64,000 nt of DNA from Polyangiales bacterium (GTDB lineage Bacteria; Myxococcota_A; Polyangia; Polyangiales; Houyiibacteriaceae): assembly GCA_045106895.1 (NCBI GenBank), contig JBGCFM010000062.1, forward strand, positions 64,001-128,000. The letters run 5' to 3'. The notes under the pieces are model-generated. The model searched no databases, was not told the DNA's origin, and saw only the letters and a list, made by a program, of their open reading frames with translations. Shown here piece by piece: positions 9,065 to 18,488 of the stretch; position 1 is the stretch's first letter, and every line of letters begins with the position of its first letter. The position numbers and the translations under genes were made by a program.

Positions 9065-12000
9065 ATGACAACACGGCGTTCTCTCTTTGCTCTCCTTGTC
9101 CTCGGTGCGTGCTCGACGGTGACAGAGCCCGAAAGCACGGAAGTCGCCAACATCGCGCCCCCCGTCGTCGCCACGGAAGCGGAGAGCGTGTTCGACGCCC
9201 GCGCCGAAATGTTTGCGCGATGGCGCGACGAACACAACTCCGCCGGAGCCGCATACGACCTGTCTTCGATCGGGGATGCTTGGCATGGTGAGTCTCTGGC
9301 TTCGGCGTTTCGATTCCGCATCGACGAGGGCGGCGTCATGGCCCTAAACGTATCGCCGGAGACCGGCGATAGTGTGGACGCGTTGGACGGCGACGTGCAT
9401 CAGCGCGTCAGGCTGAGAGCGTGGGGCCGAGGTGATACCTCGTCTCCCGGCGAAGCGGAGGTACATGCGGACGGAAACCGCGCGGAGATTCGTCATTCTT
9501 CGGCCGCGAACGCTGAGGCGCTCGTCGAGTGGTACGTCAACGGACCACATGGACTTGAGCACGGTTTCGACATCGCCGCGCGACCCGCCGGAAACGGCGA
9601 AGTCACTCTCCGGCTCAGCGTCGATGGGAGCGTCGAGCTTCGCGAAGATAGCGAAGACCGCATTACCTTCGTGAACGAGGGCGACGCGGTTCTGGCCTAC
9701 ACGGGACTCATCGTTCAGGACGCTACGGGTCGCACCTTGCCTTCAAGTATGCGCGTCGAAGACGACATGATCGCGCTCCACTTCGACGACGTGGACGCTG
9801 AGTATCCGGTTGTCGTAGATCCGTGGTTCGTTCGAAATGACATGGTCCCATCGGACGCTGGGCCAGGGCTTCGCTTTGGAACCGCAGTGGCCATGGACGA
9901 CGACACCGCCATCATCGGCGCCCTCAACTCTGTGTACTTCTTCGTGCTGACGGGCGGGATGTGGGTTCAAGCGCAGCAAGTCCCAGCGCCGCCGGGAGCT
10001 TCACGCTTCGGGTGGGCCGTGGCCATCGAAGGCGACCGTGCTGTCGTGGGGGCGCAGTACGATACAGCGCGCGGCAGCACCGCTGGGGCCGCCTACACCT
10101 ACACACGCTCCGGCGGAGTTTGGACGCTGGAGCAACAGCTTCTAGGGGCCCTGACTGCTCCCGGCGACCGATTTGGTATTTCCGTCGATATCGATGAGGA
10201 CACCATCGCCGTCGGTGCCGTGAATCATCAGGTCCTGGGCGCAGCACACATCTTCGTCCGGGACGGGGCTGCGTGGAGCGAGCAAGCAACGGTTGTTCGC
10301 GAAGGGGATTGGACCACGGCTGACGCGTTTGGAACGTCCGTCGCGCTCGATGGCGACAACCTCGCGATGGGCGCTCCCTCGGAAAACAGTCGACGTGGTT
10401 CAGCGTATGTGTTCGTGCGCGATGGAGCGGGCACATGGTCTCAACAGGCGCGCGTCACGCACCCCGCGCCGGTCGCCGCCGACGACTTCGGGAGCGACGT
10501 CTCCATCGTCGACGAGAGGCTCGTCGTAGGGGCCCGAAGCGAGGAGCCCGGCGGCGCTGCGCAGGTGGGAACCATTTCGGTCTACCTGAGAACCGGAACC
10601 ACCTGGGACCGCGAGGCTTACCTCGTACACCCGGAGGGCGAGCACAAGCAGGCGGGCGCGCGACTTGATTTTGACGGTACGCGCATCGTTGCCGGCGCCG
10701 CGAACTCCATCTCGCGTTCCGCAAGCCCTGGATACGCGCACGTGTGGGGCCGTATCGGATCGACGTGGACGCTGCGGACTCGTCTCGACGTTCCCGGCGG
10801 GATCTTTGGCGATTACTGGGGTCGTGATGTGGCCTTCTCCGGCCTATGGGCGATTCTCGTATCGTCGGTGACGGACATCAACGGCGCCGACTCCGGAGGC
10901 GCCCGCGCCTTTGAGCTCGTTCTCTACGACGACGGCACCGAATGCGAAAACGTTTGGGACTGCGAAAGCGGTTTCTGCGTCGACGGCGTGTGCTGCGAGA
11001 ACGGATGTGGTGGTGGCGTTCCTTCCGATTGCCAAGCGTGCACGAATGCGCTCACGGGACTCGCCGACGGTTCCTGCGGACCCATCGCGGAAGGTTCGTC
11101 GTGCGGTGATATTCGGGACACTGATTGCGACGCCGCCGACACATGCGACCCCTTCGGTCGATGCATGGAGAACATCGCCGAGGCCGGCGCCGCCTGCAAT
11201 GACGGTGCAGATGCCCCATGCAACGCACCCGACACGTGCGACGGGGCTGGCGAATGTGATGACAATATTGCGGACGCGGGCGAACTGTGCCGCCCCGTCG
11301 CCGATGTCTGCGACGTGGCAGAGTTCTGCGATGGGAGTGACACGTGCCCGAGCGACACCTTCGTCGTAGAAGGAACAGAATGCCGAGCGGCGGTAGGCGC
11401 CTGCGACCTCGTGGAAGCTTGCACGGGTGTGACCGCAGCGTGCCCTGCGGACGAGCTTGTGATGGCCGGGACAACATGCCGTGAGTCGCGTGGTGGCTGC
11501 GACCCTCAAGAGCTCTGCGATGGTCTGAGCCCCCTCTGCCAGGTGGACTCGTTGTCGCCTCTTGGAACCGTTTGCCGAGTCGCCGCCGGAGCATGTGATA
11601 TCGGAGAACAGTGTGACGGCGTAGGTGATTCGTGCCCCGCGGACCGCGTCGCCTCCACCGACACCGTGTGCCGCCCCGCCGGAACCTGCGACGCCGCAGA
11701 AACCTGCGACGGAAGCGTAAACTGCCCGACCGACCTACTCGAACCACCAGGCACACAGTGCGGGAGTGGTCCATCGCCGTGCAGCGCGCAGGACACCTGC
11801 AGCGCACTCGGCGAATGTGAAACCAACCACACCATGGATGGCGCGACCTGCGACAATTCTTTCTGTGTGACCGGGGGCGTCTGTAGCGCAGGCGTGTGCG
11901 GGGACGGAACAGATCGAATGTGCCCGGCGGAGCTCAAGTGCTCCGAGGTGGCCATGTCCTGCGTCCCTCCCTGCGGCGACGGAGAAATCGACGCTGGCGA

Positions 12001-13261
12001 GGCTTGCGACGATGGCGCAGCAAACTCGGACACGGAAGCCGACGCCTGCCGAACAGACTGCTCGCTTCCAACATGTGGGGACGCCATCGCCGACGAGGCT
12101 GAGGAATGCGACGACGGCGAAGACAACTCGGACGAAGAGCCCAATGCCTGCCGTCTTGACTGTGCGGCGCCAAGCTGTGGCGACGGCGTCATCGACAACG
12201 GCGAAGGCTGCGATGATGGTGATCTTAACTCATCGGATCCGTTGGCTCGCTGTGGCCTGGACTGCGCTCTCCGCACCTGCGGCGATGGAGTCGTGGATGC
12301 CGGCGAAGAGTGCGACGATGGGGAGGAGAACGCCGACACCATCGACGCCTGCCGAACGAACTGCACCCTCCCGCTCTGCGGGGATGGAGTCATCGATACC
12401 GATGAGCTCTGCGATGACGGCTCGTTGAACTCCGACACGGAGGCCGACGCGTGCCGACCGGACTGCATGCTCGCAATGTGCGGCGACGGTGTCGTCGACA
12501 CGGGCGAGAGCTGCGACGAGGGCGACGAGAACTCCGACGAAGCAGGAGCGACTTGTCGAACGAACTGTGCACTGCGTACGTGCGGCGACGGACTCATCGA
12601 TGAAGGCGAGGAGTGCGACAATGGCGACGAGAACGGGGATGAGCCGGGAGCGTGCCGCGGGACCTGCGTACTGGCCTCTTGTGGCGACGGTGTTCTCGAC
12701 GCAGGCGAAGTGTGCGACGAAGGTGGCCTGAACTCAGATGTGCGACCTGACGCGTGCCGCACGTCCTGCGAAGCCCCCGTATGCGGCGACGGCGTTCAAG
12801 ACGCAGGAGAATCATGTGACGACGGCGACGACAACGCAGAAGGGGCGCGTTGTCGTCCGGGTTGCGTCGTGGCGACCTGTGGTGACGGGAACATCGATGC
12901 CGGCGAAATGTGCGATGACGGCGATGAGAACGCCGACGCACCAGACACCTGCAGGACAACCTGCGCGCTTCCACGCTGTGGCGACGAGATCGTGGACACG
13001 GGCGAGGTCTGCGACGACGGACCAAGCGGGTCTGGAACCTGCAGCTCGGCCTGCGTGATGGTCACCACAGAGATGGACGCCGGCGTCGCCATGGACGCCG
13101 GTAGCCCAGACAGCGGTCCCCGTACGGATGCAGGGGGCGAAGCTCCTATGAGCGAGGGAGGCGGCTGTTCTTGTCGTGCCACAGACCAACGTTCCGGTGC
13201 GGCGACGCCGTGGGCCTTCCTGCTCTTTGGCCTCGTGTTCGCACGTCGGAGGTTCCGATGA
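9065..13261 (+). CDS. Large surface protein: FG-GAP beta-propeller, disintegrin-like repeats, 11 myxobacterial Cys-rich repeats, MYXO-CTERM
   Basis: Lipobox VLGAC; FG..VA..GD..VVGA repeats; CR....CD..E.C.G....CP.D x5; CGD(G)..D.GE.CD.G x11; C-terminal GGGCSC...PWAFLLFGLVFARRRFR. Confidence 0.9.
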   Translation: MTTRRSLFALLVLGACSTVTEPESTEVANIAPPVVATEAESVFDARAEMFARWRDEHNSAGAAYDLSSIGDAWHGESLASAFRFRIDEGGVMALNVSPETGDSVDALDGDVHQRVRLRAWGRGDTSSPGEAEVHADGNRAEIRHSSAANAEALVEWYVNGPHGLEHGFDIAARPAGNGEVTLRLSVDGSVELREDSEDRITFVNEGDAVLAYTGLIVQDATGRTLPSSMRVEDDMIALHFDDVDAEYPVVVDPWFVRNDMVPSDAGPGLRFGTAVAMDDDTAIIGALNSVYFFVLTGGMWVQAQQVPAPPGASRFGWAVAIEGDRAVVGAQYDTARGSTAGAAYTYTRSGGVWTLEQQLLGALTAPGDRFGISVDIDEDTIAVGAVNHQVLGAAHIFVRDGAAWSEQATVVREGDWTTADAFGTSVALDGDNLAMGAPSENSRRGSAYVFVRDGAGTWSQQARVTHPAPVAADDFGSDVSIVDERLVVGARSEEPGGAAQVGTISVYLRTGTTWDREAYLVHPEGEHKQAGARLDFDGTRIVAGAANSISRSASPGYAHVWGRIGSTWTLRTRLDVPGGIFGDYWGRDVAFSGLWAILVSSVTDINGADSGGARAFELVLYDDGTECENVWDCESGFCVDGVCCENGCGGGVPSDCQACTNALTGLADGSCGPIAEGSSCGDIRDTDCDAADTCDPFGRCMENIAEAGAACNDGADAPCNAPDTCDGAGECDDNIADAGELCRPVADVCDVAEFCDGSDTCPSDTFVVEGTECRAAVGACDLVEACTGVTAACPADELVMAGTTCRESRGGCDPQELCDGLSPLCQVDSLSPLGTVCRVAAGACDIGEQCDGVGDSCPADRVASTDTVCRPAGTCDAAETCDGSVNCPTDLLEPPGTQCGSGPSPCSAQDTCSALGECETNHTMDGATCDNSFCVTGGVCSAGVCGDGTDRMCPAELKCSEVAMSCVPPCGDGEIDAGEACDDGAANSDTEADACRTDCSLPTCGDAIADEAEECDDGEDNSDEEPNACRLDCAAPSCGDGVIDNGEGCDDGDLNSSDPLARCGLDCALRTCGDGVVDAGEECDDGEENADTIDACRTNCTLPLCGDGVIDTDELCDDGSLNSDTEADACRPDCMLAMCGDGVVDTGESCDEGDENSDEAGATCRTNCALRTCGDGLIDEGEECDNGDENGDEPGACRGTCVLASCGDGVLDAGEVCDEGGLNSDVRPDACRTSCEAPVCGDGVQDAGESCDDGDDNAEGARCRPGCVVATCGDGNIDAGEMCDDGDENADAPDTCRTTCALPRCGDEIVDTGEVCDDGPSGSGTCSSACVMVTTEMDAGVAMDAGSPDSGPRTDAGGEAPMSEGGGCSCRATDQRSGAATPWAFLLFGLVFARRRFR

Positions 13262-15399
13262 AGGCGTCCACCGCGCTCGTCGCTCTCTTTCTTGCTGCGC
13301 CGCTTGTCGTGAGCGGATGCAAGGACGGAACGTCCGTCGTCGCCCTCGGCGCAACAACGGATATGGTTCCGGGCGTCGACTTCGACGAAATCCGCACCGA
13401 GGTCCTTGGCGACCTCAGCACGATCACCAGCCGAGCCGTAGGCGATGAAGACTGGCGGCGCGGCGTTCGTGTTGGGACCTGGGACCTAGAGGACGGCGAC
13501 CGACAGCTCGAGATCGTCGCGCTCCTCAACGGCGAAGACGTTCAGAGGCGGCGCCTCATCGTCCGCGTCAACGGACCCACCGCCGCTTCCGTGGTGCTAA
13601 CGCGCAACTGCCGTGGGGTGTCCTGCCCAGGAGCAGGCGACTCGGCGGCGGCGGCGGCATGTCTCGGCGGACGTTGCGTGCCAGAGACCTGCCTGACGGG
13701 CGCTGAACCCGAGTGCGGTGACCCCCTTTGCCAGCAAGCCAGCGATTGCCCAATCTTGACCGCCTCGTGCGCCATGCCCGAGTGTGAGTCTGGGGTCTGC
13801 CTTCCAATTTCTCCTGCGGACGCATGCATGGCGGGGATGGTCTGTTCGCCAGACGATGGCTGCGTCTCGCGCTCCAGCGGCCCGCGCCTTGACGCGTCCG
13901 TCGATGGTTCCCTCGACGCAACGGACGCCGGCACCGACTCCTGCTCGGGGCTTCTTGGGGTGGCCTGCACCGAAGTCATCGCCGAGTACATCAAAGCGAG
14001 CAACACCGGCGAGGGGGACGCCTTCGGATGGAGCGCCGCCCTCAGCGGTGACGGAAGCACGCTCGCCGTCGGCGCCCGGCTTGAGGACTCGACGAGCCCG
14101 GGCGTCGACGGGGACGCGACAAACGACGAGCAAACCGATAGCGGCGCGGTCTTCGTTTTCCGACGAAGCGGTGACAGCTGGGTGCAAGAGGCTTACCTCA
14201 AGGCAGCGGTTCCCGGTGAAGTCGACGTCTTTGGCGAATCTTTGGCGCTGAGCGAGGACGGCGGGACCTTGGTCGTCGCAGCGCGCCTTGAGGACAGCGA
14301 CGCCACCACCATCGATGGGGACGCCACGAGCGACGCAGCGCGAAACAGCGGCGCCGCGTACGTCTTCGCGCGAGACGAAGGCTGGTCTCAACAGGCGTAC
14401 CTCAAAGCGTCCAACGGTGAATCCGAAGACAGCTTCGGCAGTAGCGTCGCCATCAGCGGCGACGGGAGCACCATCGTCGTCGGCGCGAACGCGGAGGACA
14501 GCAATGGAGGCTCGGCGCCGACTGACAACAGCTCACAGAACAGTGGTGCGGCCTATGTGTTCGCACGGGAAGGCACCGCGTGGACTGAGCACAGCTACCT
14601 AAAGTCGCCGAACCCGGAGGCAGGCGATAGCTTCGGCACGAGCGTAGCCATCAGCGCCGACGGACAAACACTCGTCGTCGGCGCGCCAGATGAAGACAGC
14701 TCCGGGCGTGGTCCAGGGGCGCCGGACACGGACGAGCTCGCGCCTGAAAGCGGCGGCGTGTACACGTTTGTAATTCAGGCTGATGTGTGGCGCTTCGATA
14801 GCTTCCTCAAGGCTGCAAACGCAGACGGCGGCGACCACTTCGGCTACAGAGTTGCTGTAAGCGGTGACGGGAGCCTCGTGCTTGTCGGGGCATTCGACGA
14901 AGCGGGTGGTAGCCGAGGCGTGGACGAAGACGGAAGCACAAACGGGCGCGCGGCCAGTGGCGCGGCCTACCTCTTCGAGCGCGCGGACGCCTGGCGTCAA
15001 ACGGCGTACCTCAAAGCGTCGAATGCAGAGTCTGGCGATCGCTTCGGCAATCGCGTCGCACTGTCCGCAGATGGGAGCACTGTGGCGGTGGGGGCACTTG
15101 AGGACGGCGGTGGAATGGGAGCTACAGGAGACGGAAACTCGAACGCTCTCCAAGAAAGTGGGGCGGTTTACGTCTTCCGCCAGTCCGGCGCGCAATGGAC
15201 CGAGGCCGCCTATATCAAGGCGGCAGCGCCCGACCCGCAAGACCAGTTTGGAGGCGCGGTCTCCCTGTCAGCGAATGGCTCAAGGCTCTTGGTAGGCGCC
15301 CCACAAGAAGGGGGTGGCGCGACAGGCGTTGGGGGCTCCGTAGACAACCGAATCGCTGGCAGCGGTGCCGCGTATGTTTACGGTTTTGCGCCTCGGTGA
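13258..15399 (+). CDS. Integrin-alpha-like FG-GAP repeat lipoprotein
   Basis: ATG overlaps the upstream stop (ATGA); lipobox VSGC; Cys-rich segment; repeated YLKASN..GD.FG.SVALSGDG.TL.VGA...SGA.YVF blades. Confidence 0.9.
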   Translation: MKASTALVALFLAAPLVVSGCKDGTSVVALGATTDMVPGVDFDEIRTEVLGDLSTITSRAVGDEDWRRGVRVGTWDLEDGDRQLEIVALLNGEDVQRRRLIVRVNGPTAASVVLTRNCRGVSCPGAGDSAAAAACLGGRCVPETCLTGAEPECGDPLCQQASDCPILTASCAMPECESGVCLPISPADACMAGMVCSPDDGCVSRSSGPRLDASVDGSLDATDAGTDSCSGLLGVACTEVIAEYIKASNTGEGDAFGWSAALSGDGSTLAVGARLEDSTSPGVDGDATNDEQTDSGAVFVFRRSGDSWVQEAYLKAAVPGEVDVFGESLALSEDGGTLVVAARLEDSDATTIDGDATSDAARNSGAAYVFARDEGWSQQAYLKASNGESEDSFGSSVAISGDGSTIVVGANAEDSNGGSAPTDNSSQNSGAAYVFAREGTAWTEHSYLKSPNPEAGDSFGTSVAISADGQTLVVGAPDEDSSGRGPGAPDTDELAPESGGVYTFVIQADVWRFDSFLKAANADGGDHFGYRVAVSGDGSLVLVGAFDEAGGSRGVDEDGSTNGRAASGAAYLFERADAWRQTAYLKASNAESGDRFGNRVALSADGSTVAVGALEDGGGMGATGDGNSNALQESGAVYVFRQSGAQWTEAAYIKAAAPDPQDQFGGAVSLSANGSRLLVGAPQEGGGATGVGGSVDNRIAGSGAAYVYGFAPR

Positions 15400-15438
15400 C
15401 CTCTTCCCTTTCTTGGGGACTTCTCTATCATCGTAGTC

Positions 15439-17055
15439 ATCGAGGACGAAGCAACGACGGGCCGCGACGAGTTCGCGCCAGCGAGGATCGACCTCAGCTT
15501 TCTTGAGCGAATCATCGACGCCATCGCTGACCCCGTGTTCGTCAAAGACGATTCACATCAGTGGCAGCTTCTGAACCAAGCGTTCTGTGACCTGATGGGA
15601 CGCGAGCGTCAGGAGCTCATCGGTCGGAGCGACCATGACTTCTTCCCCAAGGAAGAAGCGGACGTGTTCCATGCGAAAGACCAACTCGTCCTGCAGACCG
15701 GTGAGGCGAACGTCAACGAGGAGATCGTCACCGACGGTGACGGCGATTCTCGCATCATGGTGACGAAGAAGTCGGCGTTCGATGACGCCAGCGGCCGGCG
15801 CTTTCTGGTGGGGACCATCCGCGACGTCACCGAGGTCAAGCGAGCTCAGAACGAGCTCATGCAGACACGCCTCGAGCTGGAAGCTCTCCTCAAGAAACGA
15901 ACCGCCGAAGCAGCCGAAGCGCAAAAGCTCCTCTTGCACTGCCAGAAGATGGACACACTCGGAGAGCTGGCTGGCGGTATCGCCCACGACTTCAACAACT
16001 TGCTCGCGGTGATTTCGGCGAGCCTTGAACTCATCGTGCGGACAAAACAAAGCGGCAACGAGCCGGACAAAGTCGGCACCGCGGCGCTGAATGCGATCCA
16101 ACGCGGCACGGCCTTGACCCAACGTCTTCTGGAGTTCTCAAGGCAAGAGTCGCTCACGCCGCAGCCCATCGCGCTCTCGACCATTATCGAAGGCGTCGAG
16201 CTGCTCCTCTCGCGCACACTCAGCTCCAAGGTCATGCTCACCGCAGCCGTCGAAGACCCTTCCCTCATCGTGTCCGTGGACCACGCGCAGATGGAAGCGG
16301 CGATCCTCAATCTCTGCGTGAATGCGCGAAACGCGATGCCTGAAGGCGGCGAGATTCGTCTCAGGGTCCACAGAGCAGAGCTAGACGACGTCTCCGCGAG
16401 CCCCCTCGCCCTCGCCGCAGGAGCCTATGCCCTCGTCGACGTCTCCGACGCGGGAGTTGGAATGACCCCGGAGGTCGCGGCTCGAGCGTTCGAGCCCTTC
16501 TACACGACACGTCCAGATGGCAAAGGCACGGGGCTGGGTCTCAGCATGGTGAATGCCTTCGCGGTTCAAGCGCAGGGGGCCGTCAACATCACGAGTGTTG
16601 TGGGCAAGGGCACCACCGTCACTCTTTACCTGCCGTTGAGCGCGAGCCAACGCAGTCCAGCGGTGGAACGCCAGACCCCCAAAAGCGCGAACCGTAACCT
16701 GACGCTCCTTGTGGTGGACGACGACAGCCACCTCCAGTCGGTCCTCACACGTTCGCTCCAGGTTCTCGGCTACCAGGCGATGGGGGCGTCCGGCATCGAA
16801 GCCGCCCGACAGGCCGTAGTAGAGCTTCCCCGCCTGGACGTCTTGGTCGTCGACACGCTTGTCCGAGAGTCGAGGGATCCGCTCATCGCCGCGCTCACGA
16901 GCGCTCACCCCGCGGCGAAGATTATCTTCATGAGTAGTTTCGCCGAGGGCGATACGTCGATGGCATCAAAGCACGGCGCACCGGTTCTGCAGAAACCGTT
17001 TCCACTCGCCCGTTTGGACGAGGCGATTCAGGAGTTGTGCGCGCTTCCTTCGTGA
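15439..17055 (+). CDS. PAS-domain hybrid sensor histidine kinase/response regulator (start codon uncertain)
   Basis: PAS (FLERIIDAIADPVFVKD), H-box GGIAHDFNNLL, N box NLCVNARNAM, G boxes DAGVGM and GKGTGLGL, and a C-terminal receiver (LVVDDD...LQKPF). The first canonical start (GTG 15535) would cut the PAS helix. Confidence 0.85.
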   Translation: MEDEATTGRDEFAPARIDLSFLERIIDAIADPVFVKDDSHQWQLLNQAFCDLMGRERQELIGRSDHDFFPKEEADVFHAKDQLVLQTGEANVNEEIVTDGDGDSRIMVTKKSAFDDASGRRFLVGTIRDVTEVKRAQNELMQTRLELEALLKKRTAEAAEAQKLLLHCQKMDTLGELAGGIAHDFNNLLAVISASLELIVRTKQSGNEPDKVGTAALNAIQRGTALTQRLLEFSRQESLTPQPIALSTIIEGVELLLSRTLSSKVMLTAAVEDPSLIVSVDHAQMEAAILNLCVNARNAMPEGGEIRLRVHRAELDDVSASPLALAAGAYALVDVSDAGVGMTPEVAARAFEPFYTTRPDGKGTGLGLSMVNAFAVQAQGAVNITSVVGKGTTVTLYLPLSASQRSPAVERQTPKSANRNLTLLVVDDDSHLQSVLTRSLQVLGYQAMGASGIEAARQAVVELPRLDVLVVDTLVRESRDPLIAALTSAHPAAKIIFMSSFAEGDTSMASKHGAPVLQKPFPLARLDEAIQELCALPS

Positions 17056-18413
17056 CTTCCGCTGAAGAGGTCATTCCCTCGAAGGTCGCTGTGATCGAGG
17101 CCCAAGCATCTCAACGCCGTGGGCGCGATGTCGTAGAGCGATGCTCCTTCGATCTTGCCCCCGGGCTCCAGTCCTGGTCCCGCGCCGATAAAGATGCCGT
17201 TCCAGTCGTGATTGCAACCGTCCGGTCCCGTGTCGTTGGTGGCGACGACGACGTCGGCGTGACCGACGGTGCCCAGCGCGCGATACGCGAGATCCCCGAG
17301 GTAGACCATGAGGTCCGGGGGCTCCCCGTGGGTCTCGGCATAGGCCTCGCGTGGTCGCACCGCGCGCACGTCGATGCCACGTGGTTTGAGCGCTGCCTCC
17401 AGGGCGGTGGCGAGCTCGTCTTCCGCCGCGCGTTGCTTGGATGACGGGATGACACCGCTCGGCTCGCGCCCCTCGACGTTGAGAAAAAGCCGCGCGTAGT
17501 AGCCGCCCTCCGCCCAAGCACGCGTCTTGCTCCAGTCGACACAGCTCCGTAGCGGCTCGACTCCATCGGGTTCGCGCAAGAGCGTCAGCCAACCGAGCTC
17601 GCGAAGCAGGTCGTTGAGGGCGACGCCCGCCACCATGGAGCGCGCCCCGTGGTCGCTCACCACCATCACGCAAGCGTCGCCGGCGACACTCAACATCTCG
17701 CCCACGGAAGCGTCGAGGGCACTGTAGTAGGCGCGCGCTTTGGCTTCCCACGGATTCCCCGGAACATAGCGCGCGCTCGACGGGTCCATGTGATGCCAGG
17801 CGGCATGATGGAGACGGTCCGGTCCCATCTCCACCATCATCATGAAGTCGGGCTTCTCTTCGACCCAGACCGCTTTAGCCATGGAAAAGTGCTGTGTTCG
17901 CATCCCGTCGAGCTCATCGAAGATGCGAGCGAGCTCATCCGAGCGAAAGTCGCTCACGTCGCTCTGATAAGGTCCAAAGCGCTCCTCGAAGGACTTTGCT
18001 TTGTTCGGAGGAAAGAACGTTTTGCTTCCATCGCTCAGGAAGCAGCTCACCATGGTGCCTCGAATCGGCGTAACCGGAGCGGTGAGCGGGACGAAAAGCG
18101 AAGCAGCCCGCAAACCTGCGTCGCTCGCTCTCTCCCAGAGGCGTTTTGGGCGAACATCCTTGGAGCTGGCGACGCGAAGGTCATAGCTTCGGTCGCGGCG
18201 GCGATTTCGAAACCCGTACAGGCCTAGCTCCCCTGGATCGCGCCCACTCGTCATGCAGGCCCAGGCCGGCACTGTGATGGGCGGCTCCGAAGAACGTAGC
18301 GGGCCCCACGTCCCTCGCTCGCGAAGGGCGCTGAGGTGCGGCAGGGAGCCCGCGTAGCGTTCGAAGACAAGCGCCGGAGGGGCACAATCAAGACCTAAGA
18401 TCATCACCCGCAC
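17028..18413 (-). CDS. Type I phosphodiesterase/nucleotide pyrophosphatase-family protein (second COG3379-like paralogue)
   Basis: ILGLDCAPP, PPITVPAWACMTSG, DRLHHAAW, VSDHGA, DGCNHDWNGIFI. Start assumed at GTG 18413. Confidence 0.85.
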   Translation of the reverse strand: MRVMILGLDCAPPALVFERYAGSLPHLSALRERGTWGPLRSSEPPITVPAWACMTSGRDPGELGLYGFRNRRRDRSYDLRVASSKDVRPKRLWERASDAGLRAASLFVPLTAPVTPIRGTMVSCFLSDGSKTFFPPNKAKSFEERFGPYQSDVSDFRSDELARIFDELDGMRTQHFSMAKAVWVEEKPDFMMMVEMGPDRLHHAAWHHMDPSSARYVPGNPWEAKARAYYSALDASVGEMLSVAGDACVMVVSDHGARSMVAGVALNDLLRELGWLTLLREPDGVEPLRSCVDWSKTRAWAEGGYYARLFLNVEGREPSGVIPSSKQRAAEDELATALEAALKPRGIDVRAVRPREAYAETHGEPPDLMVYLGDLAYRALGTVGHADVVVATNDTGPDGCNHDWNGIFIGAGPGLEPGGKIEGASLYDIAPTALRCLGLDHSDLRGNDLFSGSHEGSAHNS

Positions 18414-18488
18414 GGCCGTAACCTGGTGCAGGCGAAGCCTGCCATCAAGGGCTGGTTTTGCGACGGAAAACCCACTACACATCGCACT

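Noticed and set aside
11971..13020. Periodic TGCGGCGACGG...TGCGACGA motifs resembling a CRISPR-like array
   Set aside because: They are in-frame Cys-rich protein repeats with synonymous variation. There are no identical repeats and no cas genes.
15397..15420. Selenocysteine read-through fusing the FG-GAP lipoprotein to the kinase
   Set aside because: No convincing SECIS, no Cys-equivalent context, and no full TM helix to link an exported domain to a cytoplasmic kinase.
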